Assembly (NCBI GenBank): GCA_951406725.2
Contig: OX597840.1
Coordinates: 9,610,001-9,674,000 of the forward strand
From: Octopus vulgaris
Lineage: Eukaryota
Length of the DNA stretch: 64,000 nucleotides
Direction of reading: 5' to 3'
The notes under the pieces were generated by a model, which ran no database searches, was not told the DNA's origin, and saw nothing but the letters and a program-made list of their open reading frames with translations. A program made the translations under genes and the position numbers. Numbering within the stretch: position 1 is the stretch's first letter; each line of letters starts with the position of its first letter. Shown piece by piece: positions 39,739 to 55,020 of this stretch.

Positions 39739-40267
39739 TGTGGAGGCTCAATGGCCCAGTGGTTAGGGCAGCTGACTCGCAGTCGGAGGATCGTGGTTTC
39801 GATTCCCAGACCGGGCGTTGTGTGTGTTTATTGAGCGAAAACACCTAAAAGCTCCACGAGGCTCCGGCAGGGGGGGGGGGGGTGATCCCTGCTGTACTCT
39901 TTCACCCGTTTCAGTTATTTGGCTGCGGCCACGCTGGGGCACCGTCTTCAAATCGACCACAGTACTTATAATATGTTTTTGAAACCTGATACTCATTCTA
40001 TCGGTCTTTGCCGAACCGCTAAGTTTACGGGGATGTAAACACACCAACACCGATTCACGCGCATAGACACAAAGACAAACATACAGACACACACGCATAT
40101 ATATACGACGGGCTTCTTTCAGTTTCCGTCTATCAAATCGATTCTCAATGCTTTGGTCGGCCCGAGGCAATAGTAGAAAACAATTGCCCAAAGTGCCACG
40201 CAGTGGGACTGAACCTGGAACCATGTGGTTGGGAAGCAAACTTCTTACCACTCAGCCACACCTGTGC
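39739..40267. mobile_element. Truncated SINE B head (+, to about 39905) fused tail-to-tail with SINE C (-)
   Basis: Homology to both families. Confidence 0.85.
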
Positions 40268-40382
40268 CTCTGTGTGTGTGTGTGTGTATATAAAGTATAT
40301 CCATATGTATAGAAACATATCTATATATCTACAAATATATATACACATAAACGCGTACACAGACATACACACATACATATAT

Positions 40383-40413
<31 letters not shown>

Positions 40414-40417
<4 letters not shown>

Positions 40418-41147
40418 CCTTAAATCCTTAAAAATGTTTTAGCCCGAAGGCCGCGGCCATGCTGGGGCACCACCGCTGAATGAGCTACACTAGTTTGTGA
40501 ATCCACCTCTGATACGTGGCACTTGATCAACAAGGGAGTTCGACGCTGCTGCCCGCATCCGTGTCTCCTGTCGTGAGGTAGGTTCATCTGGGACTCCCAA
40601 CAAGAAGAGATCCAGTTTAGTTTTAAAGAAACCCACATCCACACCATGTAAGTCTCTCAGGCATTTAGGGAGGATGTTAAAGAGCTGTGGTCCTCTGAAA
40701 CCCAAGCTGTTGCAGTATCTGGACCTGTATTTTGATGGTGATGTTGGAATCCTTGGCACCACGCAGCGGCGCCCCGTTCTGCGGTTGGAGTAACTTTGAA
40801 TGCCAAAGTTTGGGACAAGACCCTCCAGGATTTTCCAGATGTATATCACTGCATATCTTCTCCCGCCTCCGCTCCAGGGAGAAGAGGTTTAATATCTTCA
40901 GTCTTTCCCAGTAGCTGACATTTTGCATTGAGACGATTTTCTTTGTGTAGCTTCTCTGAGTTGCTTCGAGTTCTGCTGTTTGTTTTATATTGTGTGGTGA
41001 CCAAAGTTGGGAGCAGTAGTCCAAGCGGCTGAGGACAAATGTTTTCCATAGGACCATCAGTGTCTCCTTCTCTCTTGTTCTGAAATTTCGGAGAATCCAT
41101 CCAGCTAGCCGTCTGCATTTTATCACCAGATTAGCAATATGCATTTG
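40414..41147 (-). mobile_element. CR1-group LINE 3' end
   Basis: GWILRNFRTRE..LWKTFVLSRLDYCSQLWSP..LEATQR..SYWERLKILNLFSLERRRE; 3' UTR stem-loop and (taaggatt)n tail. Confidence 0.9.
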
Positions 41148-41174
41148 GAAAGATGCATATATATATATATATGC

Positions 41175-41177
<3 letters not shown>

Positions 41178-41207
<30 letters not shown>

Positions 41208-41401
41208 TGTATGTATGTATGTATGTATGTATGTATGTATGTATGTATGTATGTATGTATGTATGTATGTATGTATGTGTGTGTGTATGTGTGTGTGTAT
41301 GTATGAATGTATGAATGTGTGTATGTATGTATGTATGTATGTATGTATGTATGTATGTATGTATGTATGTATGTATGTATGTATGTATGTATGTATGTAT
41401 G

Positions 41402-41432
<31 letters not shown>

Positions 41433-41582
41433 GTATGTATGTATGTATGTATGTATGAATGTATGAATGTGTGTATGTATGTATGTATGTATGTATGAAT
41501 GTATGTATGTATGTATGTATGTATGTATGTACGTTTAATGTATGTATGTATGTATGTATGAATGTATGAATGTATGTGTGTA

Positions 41583-41614
<32 letters not shown>

Positions 41615-41880
41615 AGTATGTATGTATGAATGTATGTATGTATGTATGTATGTATGTATGTATGTATGAATGTATGTGTGTATGTATGTATGTATGTATG
41701 TATATATGTATGTACGTATGAATGTATGTAAGTGTGTATGTATGAATGTATGTATGAATGTATGTATGAATGTATGAATGTATGAATGTATTTATGTATG
41801 TATGTATGTATGTATGTATATATGCCTGTAAGTATGTATGTAAGTATGTATGTAAATATGTATGTATGCATGTATGTGTA
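41178..41880. repeat. (TATG)n tract of about 700 bp (others at 13730-13980 and 62803-63180)
   Basis: Direct reading. Confidence 0.95.
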
Positions 41881-42058
41881 TATATATATATATATATATA
41901 TGTAAAGGTTTGCTAGTTTAGTTCAGGTGCAAGTTTTGCAGGTTGCGCATGCGCCAAATTCACACGAGGATGTTCAGGTCAAGAATGATAATAGAGTAAA
42001 TGAGTTGGTGATTAAAGCAGCATCGAAAATGGCCAGGAGCTGTTGCAGAAATCGATAA

Positions 42059-42102
<44 letters not shown>

Positions 42103-42299
42103 TATATACACATGCAAACTCACGCGCATCCACACACACACACACATACACACATACACACACGCACGCACACACATCTACACACCTTCACATCATATCA
42201 TGCATAAATGCTTGCATACCAAACCATACATATATACGCATACAAGCATACGCTTATACGCACACATAGAAGTATTCATACGCCTTCAATAAGACACAC

Positions 42300-42353
<54 letters not shown>

Positions 42354-42616
42354 ACACACACATAAAGCAGTGCCGAAATGTTCCTGACTTTGGGTAAAAG
42401 AAAATTCTGGAGGAATCAGTTAATTATGATTTTGTTCAACATATTCCCTTCTTAGATTCACACAATTATTTCAGCGGACCTTCAGTTTTTGTAAAAGAAC
42501 TTGGAAGGCTGGACACCCAGACGGCCCTTTCACGACACCTTCAAAGCTATGAGTGATGTTATTATATTATAGTTAGCTGTTACAAGGGTAAAGAGATGTC
42601 TTGGGCAGAAACATCT

Positions 42617-43025
42617 AAAGGCGGCGAGCTGGCAGAAAGGTTAGCACGCCGGGCGATATGCTTAGCAGTATTTCGTCTGCCGTTACGTTCAAATTCCGCC
42701 GAGGTCGACTTTGCCTTTCATCCTTTCGGGGTCGATAAATTAAGTACCAGTTACGCACTGGGGTCGATATAATTGACTTAATCCGTTTGTCTGTCCTTGT
42801 TTGTCTCCTCTGTGTTTAGCCCCTTGTGGGCAGTAAAGAAATAGGTATTTCGTCTGCCGCTACGTTCTGAGTTCAAATTCCGCCGAGGTTGACTTTGCCT
42901 TTCATCCTTTCGGGTTCGATAAATTAAGTACCAGTAACATACTGGGGCCGATCTAATCGACTTAATCTCTTTGTCTGTCCTTGTTTGTCCCCTCTATGTT
43001 TAGCCCCTTGTGAGCAATAAAGAAA
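42617..43025 (+). mobile_element. SINE A dimer
   Basis: Head plus two bodies with the gaaata|ggtatttc junction near 42843. Confidence 0.9.
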
Positions 43026-43621
43026 CAAAAAACAACTACAGTTACAGAGAGAGTGATAATTCAATTGATTAAGAATAGAATTGGAGTAGATGAAGGGCAG
43101 TTTGGTTTTGTACCGGAGAAGAGTAACACAGATATCACCTACCTAGTGAGATAACTGCAGGAGAAGTGTTTGACCCTCACTCTGTTATCTGGTGGTCTCG
43201 AAGGAAGCTAGGAGTAGAGGAGCAGTTCGTTACAGCTGTAGAAGCTATGTACAGTAGTGTCCTCACTAAGGTGAGAGTCAGCCATGAATACGGTGATGAA
43301 TTTCTTGTACAAATAGGGGTTCACCATGACTCAGTTCTCAGTCCACTCTTACTCGTCATAGCTAAGAATTTTAAATCTGGCTATTCGTGGGGACTATTAT
43401 ATGCTGATCACCTCGCTCTTATTGCAGAATTTTTGGCAAAATTGGAGAAGAAATTCCAGGTATGGAAGCAAAAACTGAAATCAAAGAGCCTTAAGTTAAT
43501 CTAGCAAAGACTAAAGTTGTTAGCAAGAAAACAGATAAGATTTTCTTTCCATCGCGTAAATAGCCTTGTTTAATATGTAGGAAAGGAGCGGAAAGTAATT
43601 ACATTCGTTGTTCTCAGTATA

Positions 43622-44011
43622 GGAAAAGGAAGCACTCCGTCGGTTACGACGACGAGGGTTCCGGTTGATCCGAATCAACGAAACAGCCTGCTCGTGAAAT
43701 TAACGTGTAAGTGACTGAGCACTCCACAGACACGTGTACCCTCAACGTAGTTCTCGGGGATATTCAGCGTGACACAGAGAGTGACAAGGCCGGCCCTTTG
43801 AAATACAGGTACAACAGAAACAGGAAGTAAGAGTGAGAGAAAGTTGTGGTGAAAGAGTACAGCAGGGATCACCACCATCCCCTGCCGGAGCCTCGTGGAG
43901 CTTTAGGTGTTTTCGCTCAATAAACACTCACAACGCCCGGTCTGAGAATCGAAACTGCGATCCTATGACCGCGAGTCCGCTGCCCTAACCACTGGGCCAT
44001 TGCGCCTCCAC
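43622..44011 (-). mobile_element. SINE B
   Basis: TSD tctcagtata (43612-43621 and 44012-44021). Confidence 0.95.
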
Positions 44012-44353
44012 TCTCAGTATAAGTTATGGACACATAAGAGGTGCAGCTGAATTACAGATAAATTAACATAAAAAATCGTCTTCGTATGTGGCAGAAACGC
44101 AGGAAGAATAAGCACAAAGGGCAGGCGGGAATTAGACACTTTCAAATGTCCTGGAGGCTCTTTGAGATTGTAGATAGTTTCTGTTACCTAGGTGACAAAA
44201 ATTAGCAATAGTGAAGGCTATTTTGACAGTATAGGTGCGGGAATAAGAACAGGGTGGAAAAAGTTCAGAGAACTACTACCTCTGTCGGCAACAAAAGAAC
44301 TCACTCTCTGAGGGAAAGGTAGATTGAATGATGCTTGTGTACGAACGGCTATG

Positions 44354-44739
44354 TGGAGGCGCAATGGCCCAGTGGTTAGGGCAGCGGACTCGCGGTCATA
44401 GGATCGCGGTTTCGATTCCCAGACCGGGCATTGTGAGTGTTTATTGAGCGAAAACACCTAAAGCTCCACGAGGCTCCGGCAGGGGATGGTGGTGATCCCT
44501 GCTGTACTCTTTCACCACAACTTTCTCTCACTCTTACTTCCTGTTTCTCTTGTACCTGTACTTCAAAGGGCCGGCCTTGTCACTCTCTGTGTCACGCTGA
44601 ATATCCCCGAGAACTACGTTAAGGGTACACGTGTCTGTGGAGTGCTCAGCCACTTACACGTTAATTTCACGAGCAGGCTGTTCCGTTGATTCGGATCAAC
44701 CGGAACCCTCGTCGTCGTAACCGACGGAGAGCTTCCAAT
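44354..44739 (+). mobile_element. SINE B
   Basis: 14-bp TSD tacgaacggctatg (44340-44353 and 44740-44753). Confidence 0.95.
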
Positions 44740-45333
44740 TACGAACGGCTATGGTAGTGAGACATGGGCTCTGAATGCGGAGGGCATGCGTAGACTGGAG
44801 AGGAATGAAGGGAGTATGATCCGTTGGATGTGCAACATCAGGGTGCATACACGACAAAATGCACATGTATTGAGGGTAAAGTTGGGGATAAGAGGAATCA
44901 TCTGCATCATGCAGGAGAGAAAACTACATTGGTTTGAACATGTGATGTGTATGAATGTTGACTGTTCTATAAAAAAGTGCCTATCACTGAAAGTAGATGG
45001 CAATTGGGGAAGAGGGAAACCCATGAAAACATGGGATGAAGTAGTGAGGACCGATCACAGGATGTTGGGCCTCACAGAGGAGATGACAAATGGTCCGAGA
45101 TGTCTGGCGATATGAGGTACTTGAGAAGACCCACCCACTTCAGCGAAACTGAGTTCTGGAAGCGCTGGGTGTTCCACCCACATGTAACAATAAAACTTTT
45201 CACACACCCTAAACACAACAAACCAAACTACATCTATTCTCGCCCTCACATTTCTTCTTTTCCATGCACTATGCTTATGCTTATTTCTCCCTCCCCAATC
45301 CCTGCAGCCAAATCCAGCGGTGATCGGAGGACA

Positions 45334-45375
<42 letters not shown>

Positions 45376-45388
45376 CACACACACACAT

Positions 45389-45537
<149 letters not shown>

Positions 45538-45557
45538 TATATATATATATATATACA

Positions 45558-45600
<43 letters not shown>

Positions 45601-45666
45601 TATATATATATATTATATATATATATATACATGTACATATATATATATATATATATATACATGTAC

Positions 45667-45696
<30 letters not shown>

Positions 45697-45698
<2 letters not shown>

Positions 45699-45857
45699 GA
45701 CAGGCAACTTTCTGTTTCTGTTTACCAAATCTATTCACAAGGCTTTGGTCGGTCCAAGGATATAGAAGACACTTGCCCAACGTGGCACGCAGTAGGACTG
45801 AACTCGGATCAATATGGTTAGGAAGCAAGCTTCTTACCACACAGCCACTCATGCGCC
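45697..45857 (-). mobile_element. SINE C 5' half
   Basis: Homology to the SINE C head. Confidence 0.75.
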
Positions 45858-45935
45858 TATATACAGTTATGAATATTTAAAATATAAGGAGAGATAGTTG
45901 TGTAGAGATAAATATTTAAAATATAAGAGGGTGAG

Positions 45936-45950
45936 ATAATAATAATAATG

Positions 45951-45987
<37 letters not shown>

Positions 45988-46013
45988 TGATGATGATGAT
46001 GATGATAATAATG

Positions 46014-46095
<82 letters not shown>

Positions 46096-46097
46096 TG

Positions 46098-46182
<85 letters not shown>

Positions 46183-46214
46183 TGATGATGATGATAATGA
46201 TAATAATAATAATG

Positions 46215-46288
<74 letters not shown>

Positions 46289-46289
46289 G

Positions 46290-46368
<79 letters not shown>

Positions 46369-46406
46369 TGATGATGATGATGATGATAATGATAATAATA
46401 ATAATG
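45936..46406. repeat. (TAA)n/(TGA)n tract of about 470 bp
   Basis: Direct reading. Confidence 0.97.
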
Positions 46407-46884
46407 AGAGATGGGAGGAAGAGAGGGAGAAGAGAAGGACAACAAAGTGAAGGGGGTGTTAAGAAAAGGGAATCCGAAGCCAATGAGGGAGACGTGGTGT
46501 GGTGCCATCAAATATTGGTAAACTGTATTATTTATAGAATTTATCTCGAATGAGTGAAATGGTGAGCCCCTACATGGTAGCTAGTCCTGCTAAAAAGGGT
46601 AACCAAATCTTCCTCAGATCATACTCTGCTGTCTTATGTATGCATGTATAAGCCGATGGGTGGGTGGTGGTAGTAGTGGTGATGGTGGTAGTGGTGGCGG
46701 TGGTGGTGGTGGTAGTAGGAGCAGTTGTGGTAGTTGTAGAAGACAGAAGAGAACTGAAGCAGGAGTATCGACGTATGTGTGTGTGTGTGTGTGCGCATGT
46801 GTGTGTGCGCATGTGTGTGTGCGTGTGTGTGTGTTGGTGTGTGTGTACACACACATTTACACATGTATATATATGTATATGTAT

Positions 46885-46938
<54 letters not shown>

Positions 46939-47202
46939 CGGGTGAATGAGAGAGAGCGGGTGAAAGAAAGAGAGAGGGTGAAAGAAAGAGAGTGAAAGAG
47001 AGAAAGAGAGTGAGTGAGAGAGAGAAAGAGAGAGAGGGTGAAAGAGAGAGAGAAGCCGTCAATAAAAGTGAGACAAAATTAGAGCAAAGAGGAAGAATAA
47101 CCATTCTATGGTGAAGAATGGTGCCATAAAAGATTGGCAACATTTCCTGAAATTCCAATAACGAAACTGTCCAGTAAATAATATCGATTTTCATTTTGTC
47201 TC

Positions 47203-47248
<46 letters not shown>

Positions 47249-47332
47249 AGTAGTAAGGCTTCTGTATATGAGAACGGTAGAACTACACACTCCTGAGTGT
47301 ATTACAGGTACATTACTAAAGACAACGACAAG

Positions 47333-47755
47333 TGCAGGTGTGGTTGTGTGATTAAGGAGCTCGCTTTACAACCGCGTGGTTACGGGTTCGGTCCCGTTGT
47401 ACGGCATCTTAGGCAAGTGGTTTCTACTATATGCTCGGGCCAACAAATGATTTGCGAGTGAATTTCGTAGACGGAAACTGTGTGGAATCCCACCATGTAA
47501 GTCCTTTATTTTTTTGTTCTTTTACTTGCTTCAGTCGTTGGAGTGCGGATTATGCTGGAGCTCCGCCTTGAAGGGTTTTAGTTGAACAAATCGATCCCAG
47601 GACTTATTTTTAAAAACTTTTTAAAGCCTAATACTTATTCTATCGGTTTCTAATTTAGAGGGATATAATCATACCAACCGTTAAGTTAGGGGAGGATATA
47701 AATACACCAACACCGGTTGTCAAGCGGTAATGGGGGAAGAAACACAGACACAAAG

Positions 47756-47796
<41 letters not shown>

Positions 47797-47953
47797 CACA
47801 GAAAGAGAGAAGGAGAAAAAGAGAGACAGATACAGACAGAGAGGGCACGCACGCACACACACACACACATATACGACGGGCTTCTTTCAGTTTCCGTCTA
47901 ACAAATCCACTCAAAAAGTTTTGGTCGGCCCGAGGTTATAGTAGAAGACACTT
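47333..47953. mobile_element. Two opposed SINE C pieces (47333-47490 +; 47510-47953 -)
   Basis: Homology to the SINE C head and body. Confidence 0.75.
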
Positions 47954-47954
47954 G

Positions 47955-48688
47955 GTTTTAATTTGTGCTGCCCAAGAGCAAGCATTAAGAACCAATTACA
48001 TCAAATACAGAATAGACAACACATCAGAAAGTGATAAATGCAGAATTTGTAGAGAAAATGGTGAAACCGTATGGCATATTAGCAGTCAATGTACGCCACT
48101 ATCCCAGAAAGAATATAAGAGATGTCATGGCAATATAGCAAGGATTGTCCATTGGACACTTTGCAACAAGGATGGTCTTGACAGAGCAAGAAAGTGGTAT
48201 GAACATAAACCCGAAGGCGTCATCGAAAATGATAATGTAAAGATCCTATGGGATTTTATGATTCAGTGCGACCATGAGATAGAGAATTGGAAACCAGACA
48301 TAGTGTTAATTGAGAAAGAAAGCATACGATGCTGAATCATAGACATAGTATGCCCAGCTGACAACAAGGCGTGCGATAAGGAAGAAAGAAAAGTCGATAG
48401 ATATAATAGGTTGGCTTGGGAGGTTAAGCTGTTGTAGTCGCTGAAAAAGGTGGTAGTAGTACCAATAATTGTCGGAGCCCTGGGAACAGTGAGTAAAAGT
48501 CTTGTGAAGTACATGGAACAAATAGATGCTGCAATAAGGGTGGAGCACTCGTAGAACACAGCACTGTTTGCAACTGCTCGAATACTCTGGATGGTCTTCG
48601 GAAAATAAGGGGTGTTACCTTAGTACACTAGTAGTGAACAGCTGGCACCGTAGTACATCTCCAGCGTTAGAAGCTGTGCAAAGACGAT
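47955..48688 (+). mobile_element. R4/Dong-like LINE 3' end
   Basis: AAQEQALRTN..CRICRENGETVWHISSQC..HW..KWYEHKP..KILWDF..KPDIV..IIDIVCP..VPIIVGALG; ends in (TAA)n. Confidence 0.9.
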
Positions 48689-48714
48689 GATAATAATAAT
48701 AATAATAATAATAA

Positions 48715-48827
<113 letters not shown>

Positions 48828-49134
48828 CAGTGAAAATTGCAACATCAAGACTTTCCACAGCACATACCCGAGGCGCACAGAACTGCACTCGGTAGTGTGG
48901 TGAGAGCATGTGATAAAAATATGACTATTGAATAATTGGCCGCCGACAGATTTTTCTGCAAAATATGAGTAGTTTATCCTGTTCAAGCTATATTATTAGA
49001 ATTATCTTGCGCTTGGGAATAAAATTATTTCCTTATCTGTATCGTTCAATATGTCTCAACGCTTCTAAAACAAACTTTGTTTGTTGACTTACAATGTAAG
49101 TTGAATTTAACGTATAATGATGATGATGATGATG

Positions 49135-49219
<85 letters not shown>

Positions 49220-49610
49220 GATCATGAAGAAAAAAAATGCTTTCTAATTGATGTATCAATACCGGCAGATGACAACGTGTCTCTAAAAGAAATGGAGAAA
49301 CTCTCAAAATACAAAGACCTGGAAATAGAGGTAACTAGAATGTGGAATCTGAAAACGGAAACAATTCCTATCATAGTAGGTGCTTTAGGCATGATAAAAA
49401 AATATTCAGACAAATACATAACAAAAACACCAGGACTTACAAACACATATAACATACAGAAAATTGCACTACTAGGCACTGCACACATCCTACGCAGAAC
49501 ACTTTCCATACAATAACCATCAGAGCATCACAACAAATCACAGCACATACCCAAGGCACACAGAGCTGCGCTCGGTAGTGAAGTGAAAGCACGATATAAA
49601 AATAAAACTA

Positions 49611-49615
<5 letters not shown>
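49220..49615 (+). mobile_element. R4/Dong-like LINE 3' end embedded in (TAA)n; 3' UTR-only relative at 48828-48937
   Basis: LIDVSIPAD..KEMEKLSKYKDLEIE..IPIIVGALG..QKIALLGTAHILRRTL. Confidence 0.9.
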
Positions 49616-49696
<81 letters not shown>

Positions 49697-49698
<2 letters not shown>

Positions 49699-50164
49699 TC
49701 TTGGTATAAAAGATGGCCTACAGCAAATATTCTGCTCAATACCACAGATAGGCTTGTCAGTTGTTTGACCTTAACCAGTTGAGCATGTCCCTTGGTGGCT
49801 GACGATATGTGCATCTCTGATCACGAGCAGAAGTAGTGGAGGAGCCATGTGTTGAGAGGGATTATTTGGAGTTTGAATAATTCACCTCTGGAAACATGGG
49901 TGGTTCTTTCAACATCCTTAAACAACCCTTATTCAGGGACCTTTTGAGCAGGATGGGCTACTCAACCTGAAGAAAATTCCAACTGGGCCCCACCTGCAAG
50001 GTCATGCACTGTTTATCTTGATATGAGATCATCATGTCGCGCACATATGGTTGTGATGCATGTGCTTGGTGTACCCTTATCAGACGGGTAGTCATGATGG
50101 GTATATTGGGCTTTGTATATTTTACCCCAGTGTCACTTTGATGGCATGAACTGCTCTCTCACTC
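49697..50164 (+). mobile_element. Unclassified 468-bp noncoding insert flanked by (TAA)n on both sides
   Basis: Sharp boundaries inside a TAA tract, like its R4/Dong neighbours; no ORF. Confidence 0.5.
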
Positions 50165-50317
<153 letters not shown>

Positions 50318-50334
50318 AACTGATCGGAGAGAAG

Positions 50335-51395
50335 CTTCTCCATGGCAAACCCACCTGTGCAAGGTTGTTTAACCAATTTCTCAATGATGTAGCGCATGAG
50401 GTGGAGGTTGTCGTGGTTGGATCTTTTCGGGATGGCACATGTCTTTGCCTCCCCCACCAGATCGACGACGACAAACGCCGAGCTCGTAGCTAACACCTTG
50501 ACCAAGATTTTGAACTCTGCATTCAGCAGAGTTATGAGCCTAAAGTTGTCAACACAATCTCCCTTGTTCGGGTCTTTCCTCAGCAATGCCACCGCTCTTC
50601 GACTCACAAAACTGCGAATTCTCCCAATCTGTTGCCAGTTGCAGTAAACATTTGCTAAGACGTCGCCGAACAAGTCTGGTATGTAAGCATGGTGAAAGCA
50701 CTTCGTCGGTTACGACGACGAGGGTTCCGGTTGATCCGAATCAACGGAACAGCCTGCTCGTGAAATTAACGTGTAAGTGGCTGAGCACTCCACAGACACG
50801 TGCACCCTTAACGTAGTTCTCGGGGATATTCAGCGTGACACAGAGAGTGACAAGGCCGGCCCTTTGAAATACAGGTACAAGAGAGACAGGAAGTAAGAGT
50901 GAGAGAAAGTTGTGGTGAAAGAGTACAGCAGGGATCACAGACACGTGTACCCTTAACGTAGTTCTCGGGGATATTCAGCGTGACACAGAGAGTGACAAGG
51001 CCGGCCCCTTGAAATACAGGTACAACAGAAACAGGAAGTAAGAGTGAGAGAAAGTTGTAATGAAAGAGTACAGCAGGGATCACCACCATCCCTGCCGGAG
51101 CCTCGTGGAGCTTTTAGGTGTTTTCGCTCAATAAACACTCACAACGCCCGGTCTGGGAATCGAAACCGCGATCGTATGACCGCGAGTCCGCTGCCCTAAC
51201 CACTGGGCCATTGCGCCTGCACGGTATGTAAGCATAAAGCTCGTAGGGCAGACCATCCAAACCAGACAATTTACTCCTCGTGCAGCTAGCCATTGCTTCC
51301 CGTATTTCAAAGCTGACATCTGCCATTCCTAGTGCTCCGCCTCCGTCGCCAAAAGCCGCGAAACGCCGCTGAAAGGCCGCACACATTTGCCCTTC
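50335..51395 (-). mobile_element. L1/Tx1-like RT fragment interrupted by SINE B
   Basis: KLSGLDGLPYELY..ALLRKDPNKG..NFRLITLLNAEFKILVKVLA..CAIPKRS..DNLHLMR. Confidence 0.85.
50691..51222 (-). mobile_element. SINE B with an internal 145-bp tandem duplication
   Basis: 13-bp TSD ggtatgtaagcat; cacagacacgtg starts at 50791 and 50936. Confidence 0.95.
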
Positions 51396-51403
51396 GTAAT
51401 AGC

Positions 51404-51452
<49 letters not shown>

Positions 51453-51680
51453 TTGACTTATCGACCGAGAAGGTGAGAGACAGGGAGAGAGAGAGAGCGA
51501 GAAGAAAGAGAGACTAATGAAATAAAATGCTTTTTGGTTAAAGCAGGGGAACCATTTTAGCGAGAAATTAATATACAATGGAAAGGAAAGAAAATTGATT
51601 TATTGACTGAAGCCATATTATGTGTTGCCATTACCGAGACGGGAATGCTTCCACTTTGGCCGTTGAAACGAGAAAAACAG

Positions 51681-51718
<38 letters not shown>

Positions 51719-51794
51719 GGGGGAAGGAGAGAAAGAAAGGAAGAAAGGAACAGGGACAAATGAAGTAAAATGTTCCTTGATTAAATGAAGCAGG

Positions 51795-52850
<1,056 letters not shown>

Positions 52851-52867
52851 ATTTTCTTATTTTCCAG

Positions 52868-53445
52868 ATGGCCGGTCGCTTGTCTGTTCAGGAGCGAGCT
52901 AAGATAGCAGCACGCAATGAAGTGTGAAATTGAACTGTTTTGGTTCAGAGATGGTGGCGTGCATGGGAAGGTAAGCATGCAATGCTACGTCCGGCGACAC
53001 TAAAAATTGTTATGCAAGGCTGATGACCACGGGCTCTGTGAACTATGCAAGAGGTGGCTCTCCAACCACATCCTGATCAGCGGAAAGCGAGGCAACAGTG
53101 CAGGAAATGTTTGTTGATTCGCTGCCTGCAAAAATCAACACCTCCTGCAGCTCGTGAAAGTGGACTAACAAGACACTCAGTGCATGCTGTGCTGCTGCAT
53201 GGAGAATTGAATTTTCGTCCGTGGAAACAGGAGCTAAAACCTGAAGACTGTGACCGCAGAATGGAATATGGAATGGCCTCGAAGAAGTCCAGATGTCACG
53301 CCGTGTGATTTTTATCAATGGGGTTACACAAAAGAGGTGTACCAGACAAAACCTCGCACACTGGAGGACTTGAAGTCACAGATTCAGGAGGTTCTCAATG
53401 ATATCCCAGACGACGTCATTCCATCCCTGGCCATTTGAGGAAACT
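52868..53445 (+). mobile_element. Internally deleted Tc1/mariner-superfamily transposase
   Basis: N-terminal HTH-like VQRWWR..TTGSV; C-terminal WPRRSPDVTPCDFYQWGY..VYQTKPRTLEDLK. Confidence 0.85.
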
Positions 53446-53450
53446 GGTTG

Positions 53451-53990
53451 AAAGGCGGTGAGCTGGCAGAAACGTTAGCACGCCGGGCGAAATGCTTAGC
53501 GGTATTTCGTCTGCCGTTACGTTCTGAGTTCAAATTCCGCCGAGGTCGACTTTGCCTTTCATCCTTTCGGGGTCGATAAATTAAATACCAGTTACGCACT
53601 GAGGTCGATGTAATCGACTTAATCCGTTTATCTGTCCGTGTTTGTCCCCTCTGTGTTTAGCCCCTTGTGGGTAGTAAAGAAATAGATATTTCGTCTGTCG
53701 CCACGTTCTGAGTTCAAATTCCGCCGAGGTCGACTTTGCCTTTCATCCTTTCGGGGTCGATAAATTAAGTACCAGTTACGCGCTGGGGTCGTAATATTCG
53801 ACTTAATCCGTTTGTCTGTTCTTGTTTGTCCCCTCTATGTTTAGCCCCTTGTGGGCAATAAAGAAATAGGTATTTCGTCTGCTACTACGTTCTGAGTTCA
53901 AATTCCGCCGAGGTCGACTTTGCCTTTCATCCTTTCGGGGTCGATAAATCAAGTAGCAGTTACGCACTGGGGTCGATGTAATTGACTTAC
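53451..53990 (+). mobile_element. SINE A trimer (last body truncated)
   Basis: Junctions near 53684 and 53869. Confidence 0.9.
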
Positions 53991-54032
53991 CCCTCCCCCC
54001 GAATAGCATATAGTAGATAAGATTATTATTAC

Positions 54033-54101
<69 letters not shown>

Positions 54102-54111
54102 TAGACAAGAT

Positions 54112-54367
54112 GAAGAGGGCGATGCGATCGCAATAGATATTTTATTGGTTGAACGATATTTCGCCTGTTATAAAATTGAAGCTTAAAAACTGATGATGTC
54201 ATTCCGTTCAACGTGTAGACGCTGGTTGCTCTCGTTCAATCTTTAGATTTGAATTTCTATAAGTTTGAATTTTCATCACTCATTATTTTGAACCCGACAA
54301 AGACCGGCTTGCTGTCGAAATATCGGTCAACCAATACAGTATCTATTGTAATCGCAGCACGCTCTTC
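54112..54367. mobile_element. Imperfect ~52-bp inverted repeat overlapping a decayed hammerhead-like motif (Penelope-type)
   Basis: Arms 54112-54163 and 54316-54367; cccgacaaagaccggcttgctgtcgaaatatcgg. Confidence 0.65.
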
Positions 54368-54425
54368 TTCTTGACTGTTTACCTTTGTGAAGAGTTACGT
54401 CAATACTTTTAAAATATTATTATTA

Positions 54426-54487
<62 letters not shown>

Positions 54488-54943
54488 GATGTTAAAATTG
54501 TGATTTTTTTTTATCAAGATTGAACGAGTGTCTTGAACGTATAAATGTATAATTATGTAAATAGATAATTAAAAGATCACTGAATCGATAAACCAATATA
54601 TACATAAATCAATACATTAAAAAAGAAATAAATCATAACTGCTTAATAATACAAAAAAAGAACAAAAAATATATAAATAAAAGAAACATCAACAGAAGAA
54701 TAGCATAATGACTTAATCAAGTAGGATTTAGAAAATATCGATATCCGGAAATGTAGGGGTCATATTAGCATATTAGAGCAAGGGGTTTTATTCCCTTTTT
54801 AAATTTTTTTTTTTTTTTTGCAGTTATTGCATTGATTTTCGGAAAAGGGAAATACAATGTGTCCGACCAGGAACAAATTTAGTCTATAGCATGTGTGTGT
54901 GTGTGTGTGTATGTGTGTGTGTGTGTGTATGTGTGTGTGTGTA

Positions 54944-55020
<77 letters not shown>

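Larger units (their letters stand above)
43045..45120 (+). mobile_element. RTE-clade LINE ORF2 remnant (RT to 3' end) with two SINE B insertions
   Basis: QFGFVP..GVHHDSVLSPLL..LLYADHLAL..YLGD..GWKKFRELLP..GSETWAL..MIRWMC..LHWFEHV..RGKPMKTW. Confidence 0.9.

Noticed and set aside
44354-44430. Functional tRNA genes in SINE heads
   Set aside because: A and B boxes are present, but the acceptor and anticodon arms are not canonical and the heads continue into SINE bodies with TSDs.
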